Shown: positions 11,718-25,503, numbered from the stretch's first letter. The stretch: 64,000 nt of DNA from Amoeboaphelidium protococcarum X5 (GCA_023515725.1 JALDTO010000207.1:6908-70907), one strand, 5' to 3'. A program made the numbers and translations. Notes: generated by a model not told the origin, from the letters alone.

Positions 11718-12593
11718 TCAACGAATTAAAGTATCTTAAAGAAAGTTCAATTGAGGAGCTTGACGGAGATATGATAACTTGGATGCAAAGTGCCATCGTA
11801 ATGGCTTTTGTATGCGGTCTAGAGCGTGTTGAACTTGCAGCGTTCTGGCCGAGTGATCTTCCTGAGATTAGCCTAAGGCAAGCCAGCGAATGTTTAGTTG
11901 AGTCAAACACGGACTAGCATCCACCTAAGTTATGCCCATACATGTTGGCTTTAGCTCTGGAAACTAAGGAAACTTCTGCTGAAGGAGTTTAGGTAGAAGC
12001 TCTTTAGCCGTACTTTCCATCCTTATTTATCTCCTCGACTTGCCTTCCCTCATCGACTATACTTGTTATGATAACGCGTCAACTGATTCAGAATCGCCAG
12101 CTTGTACATAATTAGCATCACGGAATTTCTTCAGAGTAAGCCCATCTTTATTACGAGGCTTAGCGGCTGAAAGATATTATACCTCAACCAAGTGCTCTTA
12201 ATGTTTGTCGCCAGATAATAGATTCTTCAGATTTCGCCGTAATTTACCAACATTGCCTTTTACGCGATTACCATTAGATGGAGTCATGAGATATTCACTC
12301 AATGATTTCAACTCTGAATGTGTAGGTATTGCCAGTGAACTATTACTCTATGTCGCCTACTAAATCAATAAACTATTCAAGTCTTTATCCACATTTTCAT
12401 GATAGCGCGGAGTAGCAGGGATCTCATTCTATATCAAATGTCTCGGAGATATCACCTTCTTATCAGCAAAGTCTTTCACTAAATTCTAAGTTTACTACTT
12501 CCTAAGTAATTTTTTGGATGTTCTTTCAGTCCACACACTAACCATATCCACGCGGGTTAGATTTGAAGCAAATTGACGCGCACTTGATTTCAT
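11718..12593 (-). CDS. Ribosome-binding factor A-like protein, probably mitochondrial, 291 aa
   Basis: Continuous frame with TAR=Gln; C-terminal ITQVDASPCLTQLNIRW...LRWHFASKLSYLRQAPQLNFLQD resembles the RbfA pattern; basic N-terminus. Confidence 0.6.
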
Positions 12594-12742
12594 GATGATT
12601 TCGTATTTTAATTTCCCACGAAGAAGAAGAATACTTATAGAACATTGAAGTGCTATTAAGTCAATCTACAAGCCTGCCGTCATACTTACATATAAACTAA
12701 CGCGCTGAATTTAAATTAACAATTCTTTATTGATAGCGTAAA

Positions 12743-13066
12743 ATGAAGGCAGTCAAGTTGAGTTAGCAATAGAGATAGTAACTGTTGGAACCATTGCTCA
12801 AGTCTGGATGGACTCTGAAAGATGTTGATGGCAAGGAGATTATAAATAAGTTGTACCAGTTTAAAGACTTTAAGGCTGCTTTCGCTTTTATGACACAAGT
12901 CGCTCTTCACGCAGAGTAGAAATATCATCATCCGGAGTGGTTTAATGTTTATAATCGCGTCGATGTTGGATGGTCTACGCATGAATGTAATGGACTGTCT
13001 GAGAGAGACATCGCGGCTGCTCAGTTTTGCGATTCACTGCAGTAAGACACTGCAAAGTCTAACTGA
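12743..13066 (+). CDS. PCBD1: Pterin-4-alpha-carbinolamine dehydratase, 107 aa
   Basis: [34 protein letters not shown]...[13 protein letters not shown]. Confidence 0.96.
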
Positions 13067-13169
13067 TTAACTGCAGTTTTTAATAATGAAAACAATAAGC
13101 TAACATTATTATATTCAATTCTTAATATTCATTTGATACTATTAAATTTCAGCTAGTAATGAAGGGTGT

Positions 13170-14573
13170 TCAGTAATGATATTTCAACTGCAAAAGAAGA
13201 GGAGCCATCCTATTCAAGCCATAAATCAGCAGAGACGATAACAAAGTCCACTTGAACACCTTTCCAGTAAAGAACTACTCTGCAAACCAAAATCCAAACC
13301 ATTGCGAGATAGACGTAGATCTGCCCAGCTAGACATCTTTACGCCAGGTGTACGCGGAATTGTCCACGCCATATTGATGAGGATGCATCCACTCAAAGTC
13401 GTCCACTGGCTACTGCAGAACAGATTTATCAAGAGTCAAGTCTTCAATATCTTCCGTCTACTTGGATCCACCTTGACATTGTTTCCATTGACGGAAGTAA
13501 GGTCCATGGTAGGTAACACACACATAATCATCAGTGACATTCATTTTTGCATTATAATCATTCGTCATAGCCTTCCTCAACCACTCACGGAAGAGTTTAG
13601 GCAGTCCGTCCACTTGAATAGGAGAGTGCCAAGCTTTGGCTCCTTAACTTAGTCTTGCCTGTTGGCCATGCAATAGCTCATAATCCTAAAACACAATCTT
13701 GGTTGATATCCAGTTGTTATAAGATAACGACAGCACTGGTACAGACTCAGCCCAACGGATAAACGAGCGCGCATGTGAGTAGATCAATCGCATATGACCC
13801 TCTTTGGTCGGCGTACAGTGCATGGTCTGATGCATCAGCCAGCCTGGTTTGATGTTATGTTGTAACAGGATGGTACATGGCGGGACAAAGATGAATCGCG
13901 ACGACTTCACTTCACCGTGAGCCTACACTATGCCCGTAATTACTTTATGAGAGTCGTTTCCAGGTACAAATTCAGATAGCGATGCCACTTTCATATCCTT
14001 CATCTCTATAGGCTTGGCCATACTACGCTTCCCAATCGTGCCATCATGAGTAAACGGAATATGCGCGGGATCCAGTAGATTCTCAACCATCAGCGAAAAA
14101 TCGATATTCAGGTCAATGGTTGAGACAAATGGGGATGTGAAGGATTTGGGATCAGGATAGTTGGTTGTGGTGCACTGAATCTTATTTTCGTCAGCGAGCT
14201 CTTACGCTCCAGGCCATACCCAAATCAGGCCATCACGTTCAACCAGAGAGTACTTGTACACTCTCGCGTTGGCCGGGATGTTACGATCACCCAACTTGGC
14301 GGGGATTTCAGTACATTATCCATCCACGTCATACTGCCAACCGTGATACTTGCAGCGCAGTTCACCATTCTCCATAAATCCGATACTCAGAGGTGCACTT
14401 CTATGAGCACATCTATCAGCCAATGCAACCGCCACTCCAGCATCATTGCGGTATAGACAAATAGGATCACCGAGCAAGTAAAGCGATACAATATCACCGC
14501 GTCTCAAATTACGAGACTCTGACAACGCGTACCAGTACTCGCGCATATTTGGATTTATATCGCTTACAGACAT
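13170..14573 (-). CDS. Rieske non-heme iron oxygenase, PAO/TIC55/CAO-like, 467 aa
   Basis: Rieske motif DRCAHRSAPLS...CKYHGW; mononuclear iron motif ENLLDPAHIPFTHDGT; KIVFQD; hydrophobic C-terminus. Confidence 0.9.
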
Positions 14574-14875
14574 ACTGTTGTCTATTAGAATATGGTCTCC
14601 AGTGGTATGATAACGGTTTTGTGATAAACGAAGTTTTAGAATTCCTTTGTGGGAAGTCCAGCGCTTCGGCTTGTAAATTCGTAATCAGAATTCAAAACCG
14701 CGTGAATTCTCACGATTAGCAAAGTAACTGATTTGATTAGGACTGCATTTTGTATCGGATCATGTCATTGAAAATGCTGAAATAGAAATTATAAAAAATT
14801 CTAATTTGATAAAACAATACAAATTATTACTTAACGTGGTACAATACTCAATCACTCAAACATGATGATCAAAGA

Positions 14876-17275
14876 TCATATCCATAACTGGGACACTCTA
14901 GCCACGCGAGAAGGATGTTCATAAGTGCGCCAATGACCCAAAGTGAGACCAGGATACTGCGCACAATCAAATTCTTTATACGCATAGTGTTCCTCAAAAA
15001 TCTGAGCATAATTCTACTCCACTCCCTAATCAACCTCAGCGGATAAATCGATATCCAATTTAGATTCCTGGACCTCCTTCTCACAAGCAATCTCGGAGTA
15101 CTTGGCAATGTCATCCAAAGTCAAATATTTGCAGTATGGCAGGACGTACTTGTTCAGGTAGAAATTAAATCCCAAAATAGGCGCAAGAAGTGCCAAAACC
15201 AGAGCACCACCAACCCAAAATTTCTTCAACAGAAGCAAACCACCCAGCGTGATGGAGAACAAATAAAATCCAACCATAAAGCACGGCACAACGTAAATCA
15301 TCATCTTTCCTCCCAATTCATACTCGGTCAAGTTGACAAATGTCGCGTGATACTTTACAGTCAGATAGTATTGTGCAAAATAAATTGCGGAGAATGGCAG
15401 GATCAGAGGACTAATAATCATATACACCATCGTCAAGTTCCAAATCAATACTGGCATGACCCAAGTGACAGCTTCAGCAAAATTTCCAGCCGATGATAGG
15501 TCATTATTCATATAATCACGAGGAGATTTACACAGGAATCTTAATAGAGTAGATACTACAAGTCCACCAATATTAGCCAAGCTCAGGCCGAAAGCACCAA
15601 TTCCACTCAGCACAATAAAGTTGATAAAGAACTGAGCAATATTAGGCAGGGAAGTGGCCAGAATGGATGCGATAGAGCTAGGATTATTCAAAATATCCAC
15701 AATAGCATTCACCGCAGTTCCAGCAATGGTCACTACGAGCAGAACGTTGAACAAATTGAAAAAGTAAAAGCTCTTAAAGACCAATACGTTGACGCGACTT
15801 TTACTGACGGCTCCCTAAATCTTGGCCAGTAATGCCAAGATGGCAGGAACCAGAGACAGGAAAATAATAACAACCAGTGCCGGCAAAGTACCTTACACCA
15901 GACCTCTAACCCAATTAGGCCAAGACTCTGTTGGAATGTACTGGTCAATGCTAGACAAGAATGATGAGACGAAACCAATAGGAACGGCCCAAAAGATTGT
16001 AATCGCAATCACGGCGGCTATAAATCCAACGCCACGTAGCTACTTGTCCCACTAATTCAACTTCAAATTGTTCCAAATCATCTCATTTGGTTCATAGACA
16101 GGACTAACTTTCAGCTTCAGTGGATCACCAGACACCTTGGCTTGACTAAGGAGGAGTGACTATGTGCAGCTCTTAAAAGTCACAATAGCGGACATTCCCT
16201 TCTAAATACGATCAGTGTAGAAGTTTTCAGGAGCACGGCGCTGTTCAGCCAACAGACCATCGTTGTTCTTGAACTTGTCAACATTGTCATCAAACTTGGC
16301 GGCCATCTTACCGTCCATATGAACAGAGGGTAGAAGGGCATCAAGACTCGCCTAGGAATTAAGAGTAGTTGCAGAAGAGGACATGGATATAGGATTAGAT
16401 GGACTCTCATTGTCACCACTTTTGGACTTATTCTGCTTTTTCTTGGCAGAAACCGCTTTCTCCAATTGAGTAAGATGACGAAAGCGAGTTTTCAAAGTCT
16501 ATTCCAACTGGGACTCGTGCGTCAAGAATACAATACGCTCAACCTGATCTTCAGCAACCTGCAAAAGCGAAGAGATGTATTGCTTCAAAGAGGAAGAGCT
16601 TTAGTAACGTTCATCCAGACCGCTGATTAACAGACTACGATGCGACAATCTCTTGATACTACTCAATAGGAAATTGACACGGCTAGTACGATACTTGCGC
16701 AAAAATACAATCAAACCAAAAAACAGAATCCCGACGAACAGATAAGCAAAGACTACATGAGTCCACAACCTACTAGAGCCATCAGCCACATTCTGAATAC
16801 TGGTGGCAGTATACTCGCTATTGAGTCTGAATTCGGCAGTGGCATTGACAGGAATAAGAACAACCAGTCCAAAGAATGACAGCACACACAGTACGACTAC
16901 GGACCATTTCAGAAACTGTAACAGAGTAAACTGGTCCACAGAAACTAATCTCTCCAGCTCGTGATCACACATAGATATTAGCTGTGGAAGCCAGCGAAAC
17001 GGACCAGAGGCCAAAGCAGGAGGCTTACCATACTACACTCTCAATCTCTCACGAAATCTGTATACGCGATGGAAGGTTGGTACATCTTTTAGCAGCAAAA
17101 AAATAGCCAGACCAATACCGGTAGATACTAAAGAGATGATTACAGTTTGTGCAAGACCGTCATTGGAACCAGTAGCAGTACTCTTCTCAGTATTCCCCTG
17201 ATCTTGAGCAGCGACGTAAGGCAGCACCAGACAGGCACACAGCAAAGACATTACTGACGCTTTCATAACACTCAT
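14876..17275 (-). CDS. OSCA/TMEM63/CSC1 (RSN1-like) calcium-permeable channel, 799 aa
   Basis: Single 800-codon frame; VLIPVNAT, RLWTHVVFAY, EPNEIIWNNL, LATSLPNIAQFFINF, ISPLILPF family motifs. Confidence 0.93.
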
Positions 17276-17700
17276 GATATAGATACAAAAACTACACTAA
17301 AAATTCTTTGTATCAGAGACGTTATGCAATTAGCAGAAGCTAAAGTGACGAAAAATGATAAAACGCGAAAACGATCGTCGTAACATCGATGACTCATCCC
17401 TGAAATTGAGCGTTTCACTCCTGTTGGACTTCTACAATAGGCAAGTGGTTCATGATTAATCTCAAAACAGGGAAAGACACGCGAAATTGGTTTCTGGTAT
17501 ACACAAGTGAACTTTCGAGGGCATCTTTGGGAGGGCTGATCTACGGGAGATTCTCTTTAAAGTTTGTATGGAGCGCCTTCTTTAAATTGATCTGAAGAGT
17601 ATGAGCGTTCGTCTCTACCGCAGATCTTTCTTTTGTATTTTCAGTACTGTACAGTGCTTCGATTTTTTTATTATTTGGTATCGCAATAAAGAATAAAAGA

Positions 17701-18495
17701 ATGTCTCTCGCAACTCCGTAGTAGTGGTAAGAATATTATAGCGGACATATTTTAATTTATATAATTGTATTCACTGTAAGATAATGTAGGTTTTAAAAAT
17801 CAAAGAATGTTCAATTAGAGATTAAAGATATACTTCCCCTATTGCTGGAACGGTCTAAACTTATAAAGACTGCGGATGCTGCCCCAGATGGTAACGGTAG
17901 CCTCTCACAGATCAATGATAAGATTAAATAGCAGGTGAATAATTGTCAAAATTAGATCAATCAGTTGGAAGCTGCTCTGAGCACTCTTGAGGGTGATTTG
18001 AATGTGGATGCAGACTCTATTAGAAGAATGGAAAATGAATTGTTAAAGCTTTATAAAGATTTAGATGGTATATAGAAGAAAATATCTGCTCCTGCTATTG
18101 GTCAATAATAGCAATAACTTGCTAGCAGTAATAATATAGAGAGGAATTTTAAAGAAAAATGGAATCTACCTTCAAATTCTGAGTAAATTAATGACGCCAA
18201 GCAGTTGAATGGTGTTCATCTTCAGATTATCGAAGAACAAGACTCGTAATTAGATTCTCTGTATAATGTAGTGGTTAATTAGAAGCATATTGGTATTGAA
18301 ATCTCTGATGAGTTGGACAATTAGGCAGAACTTCTCGATCGCCTTGAAGGTAACGTTGATGGGACACAAGACCGTTTGGCTGGAGCACGGAGACGACTCG
18401 ACAACATTTATAGAACATCGAAAGAGAAAGGAAGTCTATGCCTTATACTTACACTAATTATTGTGGTGATTGTACTCATAGTAGTTATTAAATGA
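17701..18495 (+). CDS. Qc-SNARE (syntaxin-8/syntaxin-6 like), intron 17727-17789
   Basis: IIEEQDSQLDSL...QKHIGIEISDELDNQAELLDRL SNARE helix and C-terminal TM; zero-layer Gln is TAG at 18322-18324. Confidence 0.9.
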
Positions 18496-18553
18496 ACTCG
18501 CGTATTTCATTGATAGAATACTGCTGATTTCATTGTGAATGGAAAAAACATAT

Positions 18554-19354
18554 TCAGTCTATTGGCTATTCTCTCTCAATCACAATTAACTCATACTTTG
18601 TCGGAGATATGGGACGCGGTATTTACATTTCAACAGGATCAGACTTGAGTACAGGTTTGGCATTCTTGATTCTTTCCAGTGCAGAGATATCTGAGTTAAT
18701 TGACAGCAAGTTTGACGGCCTATTCTTAAAGAATGGCTTAACCATTGGCTTATGCGCGAATTTAATCCTGGCTTCACGCTCCAGTAACTCTGCCGTTGTG
18801 GGCAATTCATGAACTTTTGCATCTTGCATCATTTAATCATCATCATTATCACCATCTTCAACTAGTATCTAATCTTGTACATGTACAGCTTGTGATTAAG
18901 ACTTCAGCAAATTCTACTACTGAGATAACAACTACGACTAGGAATTCAGAGTAGACCTTCGTCGTTATGGTCGAACCGTGCGTAGAATCACCTTGTTGTA
19001 CTGACTATTAACTTGAGTATTCTTTCTAGTCAACGCAGCAACTGTATTGATATTCTTGACTTTTTATACTCGACCACTAGTCCGCCCCACCTTACTAGCA
19101 GATGTCATCTTTTTGGATTTATTATTAGATGATGAGACTACCCGCCCTCGTTGTTTTAACGCGGAAGAGCCGCCGTTGTGTGTTTCAGATTCCTCAACTT
19201 TATTTGATGTTGATTTTCTTTACGGAGCATCGGCTGTATAGTCGGACGTTTCAGAAACCGGCGCTCGTTCAGCTCCACTCAAGGAATCCTTCTGATTAGT
19301 CATCGTATTGACCACATTGACCAGTCCTGATATCAACTGATGTACAATGTCCAT
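18554..19354 (-). CDS. Hypothetical low-complexity basic protein, ~266 aa (alternative ATG at 19417)
   Basis: Track ORFs 19220..19447 and 18623..18832 are in one frame joined by TAR codons; ends in TGA; no recognised domain. Confidence 0.65.
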
Positions 19355-19641
19355 TATCGATCCTACTGCAAGTTGTTGCTTAGAGACTAAAAACGATGTA
19401 AGATTATCGATGTACATTCTATTTTTAAATCTCACTGAGGAGTGCAATTTTGCTTACTCACATTCACGCTATTTAGTTTAACATACGCGTCAGTCTTCAT
19501 CTTCTTTAGTTCTTGTGCATTTCCGTGTTGGTTGCCATATCGCTCAGCTTTTGTGAGACGTTTTAACAGGTGATCCGTTCTCTTCTCGTAATAAAATTGC
19601 CATTTAAATTGATTCAGAGTTTAATTTGAGCTTACAGTACA

Positions 19642-20250
19642 ATGAGATTTAGATTTTGCATACCAAAACGATTGAAAAGTGTTATTGTAGAGACTGTGCC
19701 CGCCGTAAAAACGTCTTTAGATAAGCCATAATTGACTAATTAGTTGAAAGATGCTGGGTACTCTGAATAGTAATCAAAGTGTATTCTTCGATGTTTTTCT
19801 GAGGTGCTGGATGATTCTCTTAGTATTTCCATGCAGAATATGCAGACTAAAGAGATGCAAGAGTAATATGTCAAAAAGTATAAGGACGACTTTGACCATT
19901 TAAAGTCTGAGATTGCTCTGTTGGAGAAGAATGATTTTGCCATATTGAAGCAGGAGAATGACAAGTTGATCGAGCAAGTTAATAAAATGCGAGCCAAGAT
20001 GCGAGATGATCTTACCTCAGTACAAAACTCTATAAGACTAGATTTAAATTTAGATAAGAGTCGAGTTTAGTCTGAGATATCAGCGATTTAGAATAAAATT
20101 AAAGACACACAATCTAAACTGGACAATGAGTGCGATGATTGTCGGTAGCAGGTCAATCAAGTTCGTTATGATACCATCAAGCTCATAGCGTACTGTGCCT
20201 CAACCGTAGCCTTATCAATACTGGGATATGTCAAGTTTTTTAAAACATGA
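19642..20250 (+). CDS. DUF1640/CCDC90/MCUR1 (FMP32-like) mitochondrial coiled-coil protein, 202 aa
   Basis: LKDAGYSEQQS, LKSEIALLEKNDFAILKQENDKL, RLDLNLDKSR, C-terminal TM helix. Confidence 0.88.
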
Positions 20251-20341
20251 TTAAACAAGTAATTTTTTTATAAAATTGGTATTACTATTGTTGTATAAAT
20301 TCAATCTATATCTAAAATTGCAATCACATATCATCATGCTA

Positions 20342-22306
20342 TCAACGAAGAAAATGGTCATATACTTCGTTCTGAGTCTCTTCAGTGTATGGATAGTTTA
20401 GCTCAGCTAGAAACTTAGCCAACAATCCCTAATCTTCATCCCAGTTGGGTACATTTAGACCAACTAGAACGCGAGCCTGATCACCTCCAGTATTCCTATA
20501 ATGGACCAGAGTGAGATTCCAGCTAGTGTAATTGTTTGTCTTGACCTTGTTCATAGTGTCAAAAAATGTCTTCAGGGCACCCTGTCTCTCTGGGAAGAAA
20601 AATCTATACAGCTTTTCGCGTGATAACCGAGCTCTGCCACCCACCAGAAATCTCAAATGAGACTTTGCCATGTCGTTATCTGTGATATTAATTGCGGCCA
20701 TGTTTTCTTGATTATTGATCTTACTCACCACCTGATGCAACTCGGATAAAGAATTTGATTTAAGCAGTTCAAATGCAATGTAAATATGGGCCTCTTTTTC
20801 ATCTGAGAAGCGATACGACAGCTCAGTTACAGAGCGCGGGTAGATGAGTTCATACAGCTTCATAAACGATCCAGGACGCTCCTCAACTTTGACACTCAGT
20901 AAACACTCTTTACCTTCACCAATACGCGATCTTTCACACACAAATCTGAGCCGATCAAAGTTCATGTTGGCTCCACTAGTGGCCGCTACAAAGACACCAT
21001 TTTTGATACCGCTGCCACGCTCAGCCAGAAACTTTTTCACGCCAGCGACAGATAGTGCACCAGAAGGTTCAAGTATAGATCTGGTGTCATCAAAGACATC
21101 TTTGATTGCAGCACATATCTCATCAGTGGAGACTAGAATCATATCATCAACCAAGTTATGACAAATGCGGAACGTCTCCTAGCCGACTTATCTGACAGCA
21201 GTACCATCACTAAACAGTCCAACCTTATCCATAACTGTGAGCTTACCATTTATAAGACTCTGTGTCAGGCCAGCGCTATCCATCGTGTTTACACCTATGA
21301 TTCGCACATTAGGCTAAACACGCTTCACATATGCAGCTATGCCAGCCAATAGACCACCACCTCCGACAGGCACAAAGATTGCATCAATCTTCTCTTTTCT
21401 GATCTATCTAAGAATCTCCATACCACAAGTTCCCTGACCTGCAATTACGTATGGGTCGTCAAATGGTGGAATGAAAACGTAGCCATTCTCTTGTGCCAAT
21501 CGCAGACACTCCTTCTTGGCCTCCTCAAGATCTGAGCCGGAGAGTACTACTGTTGCACCGAGTCTTCTAACACTAGTGACCTTGATCTCAGACGCACTAG
21601 TTGGCATAACAATCGTAGCCTTAATATTCAAGTGTCTAGCCGCTAGAGCGACACCTTAAGCATGATTACCGGCGCTCATGCATATGACTCCTCTCCTTTT
21701 CTCAGCCTTGCTCAGCAAAGATATACGATTATACGCACCACGAACCTTAAAAGAGAAACAACCTGGTTGCATGTCTTCGCGCTTGAGAAATATCTTATTA
21801 CCACGTCCAACTTTGGCGGATAAATTTCTAGCAAATGTACATGGAGTTTCAGCAGCCAAATCGTAAATCCTAGTAGAAGCTTGCAATATCAACTGCAGAT
21901 AATCAATCTCGGGGTAATCCTCTGGACTTAATGGTGTTTACTATTGCAAATTCTGCGCTAATGTCTAGAATGTTGGTGCTACCGATGTGCCGATTTATAA
22001 CTTTCCAACGCCAGATATAGTAGTCGCCAACGTGATAAAACTCTTCGTTCTTCGTAAACCTGTACCTTGAGGTATAATCGGTTAAGGCCATTCAATGTCA
22101 GGTTCATTAAGCTCATCTTAATCAGTATCGCGGACGTTTTGCTCTTCCACTATACTTGGGAATGGTAACAGCATGATTGATCCATTTGGCTGTACTATAG
22201 GATCAAGAGATGCTGATGCATTCGATGTTTTTCGCTCATGGCCACCATTACTCTCCGCCGAGTTATGAGCAACAGAGCCATCCTTCTGCTGATCCTAATT
22301 AGGCAT
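20342..22306 (-). CDS. ILV1: Threonine dehydratase (biosynthetic, with C-terminal regulatory domains), 654 aa
   Basis: [27 protein letters not shown] (Q=TAA at 21656-21658), [42 protein letters not shown]. Confidence 0.97.
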
Positions 22307-22735
22307 ATGACTTTTCAACAAACTCATACCAGACTGATTAAGAATACGCTAAATATTAAAGTCAATCAACTTGAAACAATGCGGTATAAATCATCCGGAC
22401 ATAACGGTAAGAATCCGTAACATAGCAACGGTGATGGATTTCTAATACAGTATTAACTAGCAGAGAACCGGTTCATACACAATATTAAAGTGCAAATTGA
22501 TGTAATATGCTAGCAAATGATGACACAAATTTTAGATGCTATTTCAACATGCTGTCCATCGATGAATAGTTCAACGTTCGCGAGAGATGTTGAAAGCCAC
22601 AGAAGTCGCGTTCAACCACGAGCCTGGTGGAGAACGGGCATTGATCACCACCCGGTCTCTTTAACTTCTCTGACGCATTTTAATACTTTTTCCCCCTCTG
22701 CGTAAGAACTAAAGAGCCATTTAACCGCCGCATTT

Positions 22736-23716
22736 ATGGATTTTACATTCATTAATAACACGGCTGAATCGGTGCAGCAGACGTTCGCTGACAAGGCGCC
22801 TGTACCAAGTAAACCGCGTAAGTAGATGACTACGGACTAGTAGATGCAACTAGAACATCATTATTCCAAGACTCCTTAGGCGAGTGAAGATGCATTGAAA
22901 CAAATAGCGAAAGAGGTCAATATGTCAGTTCGTAGCGTCAAGTCATGGTGGCGATAGAAGGAAATGTCGTTAGGCACCTCAAGAGTAAGATCAGTCTCTA
23001 ACCCGCAGCAGCCAGCAGTAGTCTCCTCTGGACAGGTGAAAAGCGGCCGCAAATCTTCTACTGGCGGAGAACATAGACCGAGATAAAATCTATTTAGAAA
23101 GGACGATAGTTTTGGCAAGTCTACTAAGACTAACATGTTTATATTCAATCCTGATGCCATCTATGACACGAGCGTGTCTAAAGTAAAGCAAGAGAAGAAA
23201 TAAGCTGCTTTGGGTAAAATGAGTCGTCCATGCACTCCGGAGCCTGAATTCGTGATGGCCGGTAAATTTTTGCCGCATGGCAGCGAGCCAATTAAAAGTA
23301 CACGGCCTGCTACTGGCATTAAGAGGCGATTTACAGTGTCTAGTGGTGCCGTTCCTCCTTCGCCAGCTGCCAAGTGGGATTTCAAGGTGAGCATGAATGA
23401 AAATCGTGTTCATAGTGAGAGTAAAACCGTAATCAAGCGAAGACACTCCATATCTGAGCAGTAACCAACATACAACAATGCATTCAATCTATCGCCTGAC
23501 TAAAACTCGCTATTACTGATGAATTTCCAAGATCCTTACAGTAATTACTCTGGGCAATAATAGGTATTAGAGAATGTCTCATTGTAGTAGAGTCAGTAAT
23601 GGTGTTACAACTCCAAGGTGCCTGATGTGAATCTCAACCCCATTATTGAGGAAGATTTATCCCCAATGTTGAAAAGTCTCAAGTTTGATCCGATGGACTA
23701 TCTTAACCTCAATTGA
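22736..23716 (+). CDS. Divergent homeodomain-like protein, 326 aa
   Basis: KPRKQMTTDQQMQLEHHYSKTPQASEDALKQIAKEVNMSVRSVKSWWRQK follows homeodomain spacing; 327-codon frame ends in TGA. Confidence 0.7.
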
Positions 23717-23999
23717 TCATGAAAGTAGTGTCATTTAACTTTAATATGGTGTTTAAAGCCGCAATGAAAGGTACATTGTACTACGATTGATCTTTACAAT
23801 TGGCGTTACTTGGACGAAATATTATTTCTGTATTATAACTATTCATTTATATTATATTTTCTTTTGATCTCTGATTTACGGATCGATTGGCCACAAGTGT
23901 GACAATCATTAGAATACTTTATAGTGACGCGTAAATTCGGGACTAATATTAGAATAACATGCAAGTATAAGTATATTCAACAAAACAATTAATCACGTT

Positions 24000-24285
24000 T
24001 CACCAAGTAGATTTAACTTCAACTCCATCACTTAGTTTAAACACGTTCTCTTCCAGACGACCTTCAAAGCGTTCTTTCAGACGATCAACAGAGCTCGGAT
24101 CAATCAGCAAATGACACTCATCCAGATCCTCAATAATAAACGTGAATTCCTCTTCATTAATGAGCACAAGTAGCTATTTTATCGCTGGATCGCTACATAA
24201 TATCTAGATCAATAACACATTTAAATGTAACAGAATTCACATAAATTTACCATTCTAATAAAGTCCCTTTTATTGCTTTGACCAT
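24000..24285 (-). CDS. TFB5: TFIIH subunit TFB5/GTF2H5, intron 24193-24250
   Basis: MVKAIKGTLLECDPAIKQLL...FIIEDLDECHLLI. Confidence 0.95.
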
Positions 24286-24381
24286 GGTGATACGTTGATC
24301 TATTTAAAAAGAAGACTTACTTGAGAACGCGACTCGCTTTATTCAAGTTGATGACAGAAATATATCACGGTCTGTTGGAAT

Positions 24382-25398
24382 ATGGCAATTGATAGAATCA
24401 AAAATTAAAATAGAGATTTACTGCGCAAACTAAAGTCGCTCAACCTGAGAGCTGTCTAGTAACCGAAAGGAATTCTATGGGCCAGTAATGCTGAAGTATT
24501 GCCAGATGGAGTCTATTATCATCCGCAGTTTTTGACGTGTGAATAAGAGCACTAAATCTTATCACAAATTGATAATAAACCGTGGGCTAATGCTATTGCG
24601 CGTCGCCAGTAGTTCTGGGGTGAAGTATACTATCACACTACTCATGATTTGCCTAGCATACAGCCTATATTATCTGATAGCGAGTAAGCTGCGTAGAGTG
24701 TCGATGCAGATTAACACAACGCGAGAGAATATGATAATTCTGAAAAGGGTACAATATTTGATGTTTTACCGCTATAAGATTTTTCATGGCTGCTCGATCT
24801 GTTCGATGATGAGCAATTCTCAGACTTGGTGAAGGCGACTGATGCTGGTCATTATATATATCACGATGCTCATAGAACATACTCAGCGACTCCACCAGGT
24901 GTGTTTACGGCTCTCAAGGACAATGCTAATGGTACAGGTGTAGCGGAAGAAGTGGAGCAAGTCACGCAAATCCTTGTGAATGAGTACACTAATCAGATTG
25001 GTATATCATCTCACATTGATGATCCTGACGCATTTGGTAAAGTGCTAGTAATGATATCTCTGTAAAACCCAGTGTATATGCGATTAAGAGAGACTGCAAC
25101 CAGGCGAGAGTGTAGTATTTTGCTTGAGCCACGATCACTGCTAATACTGAAAGGCTGTGCAAGGTACGAATGGGAACATGGTATATCTCATCAGAAGTGG
25201 ATCTTTACGCCGCGATCTGGGGTCATTTCAGTCAACTGTTTGGACGACATCCATCTGACCTGTAGGGATGAACACTATCGAAGGATATCGCTGACTATAC
25301 GACATCTACTACCTGGCCGGAAACAATGCAAGGTGGAGAATAAAGAAATTGAAAAGAGGCCACCGCCTTAAGCTCCAAAGAATCATCAAGGTCGTTGA
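24382..25398 (+). CDS. AlkB-family 2OG-Fe(II) dioxygenase, 338 aa
   Basis: LVNEY...GISSHIDD (HxD), LEPRSLLILKGCARYEWEHGI, RRISLTIR. Confidence 0.9.
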
Positions 25399-25503
25399 TC
25401 ATACGCATGGTTTATATAAAGTGCTTAAAGGTAATGAATGACGTAAATCACTTGTAATAGTAAGTACAGTACAAAATTATTTATATGGATTTCGATTAAA
25501 TTA

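Noticed and set aside
25223-25265. Possible intron in the AlkB gene ending ctgacctgtag
   Set aside because: The frame is open through it and no convincing in-phase donor exists.
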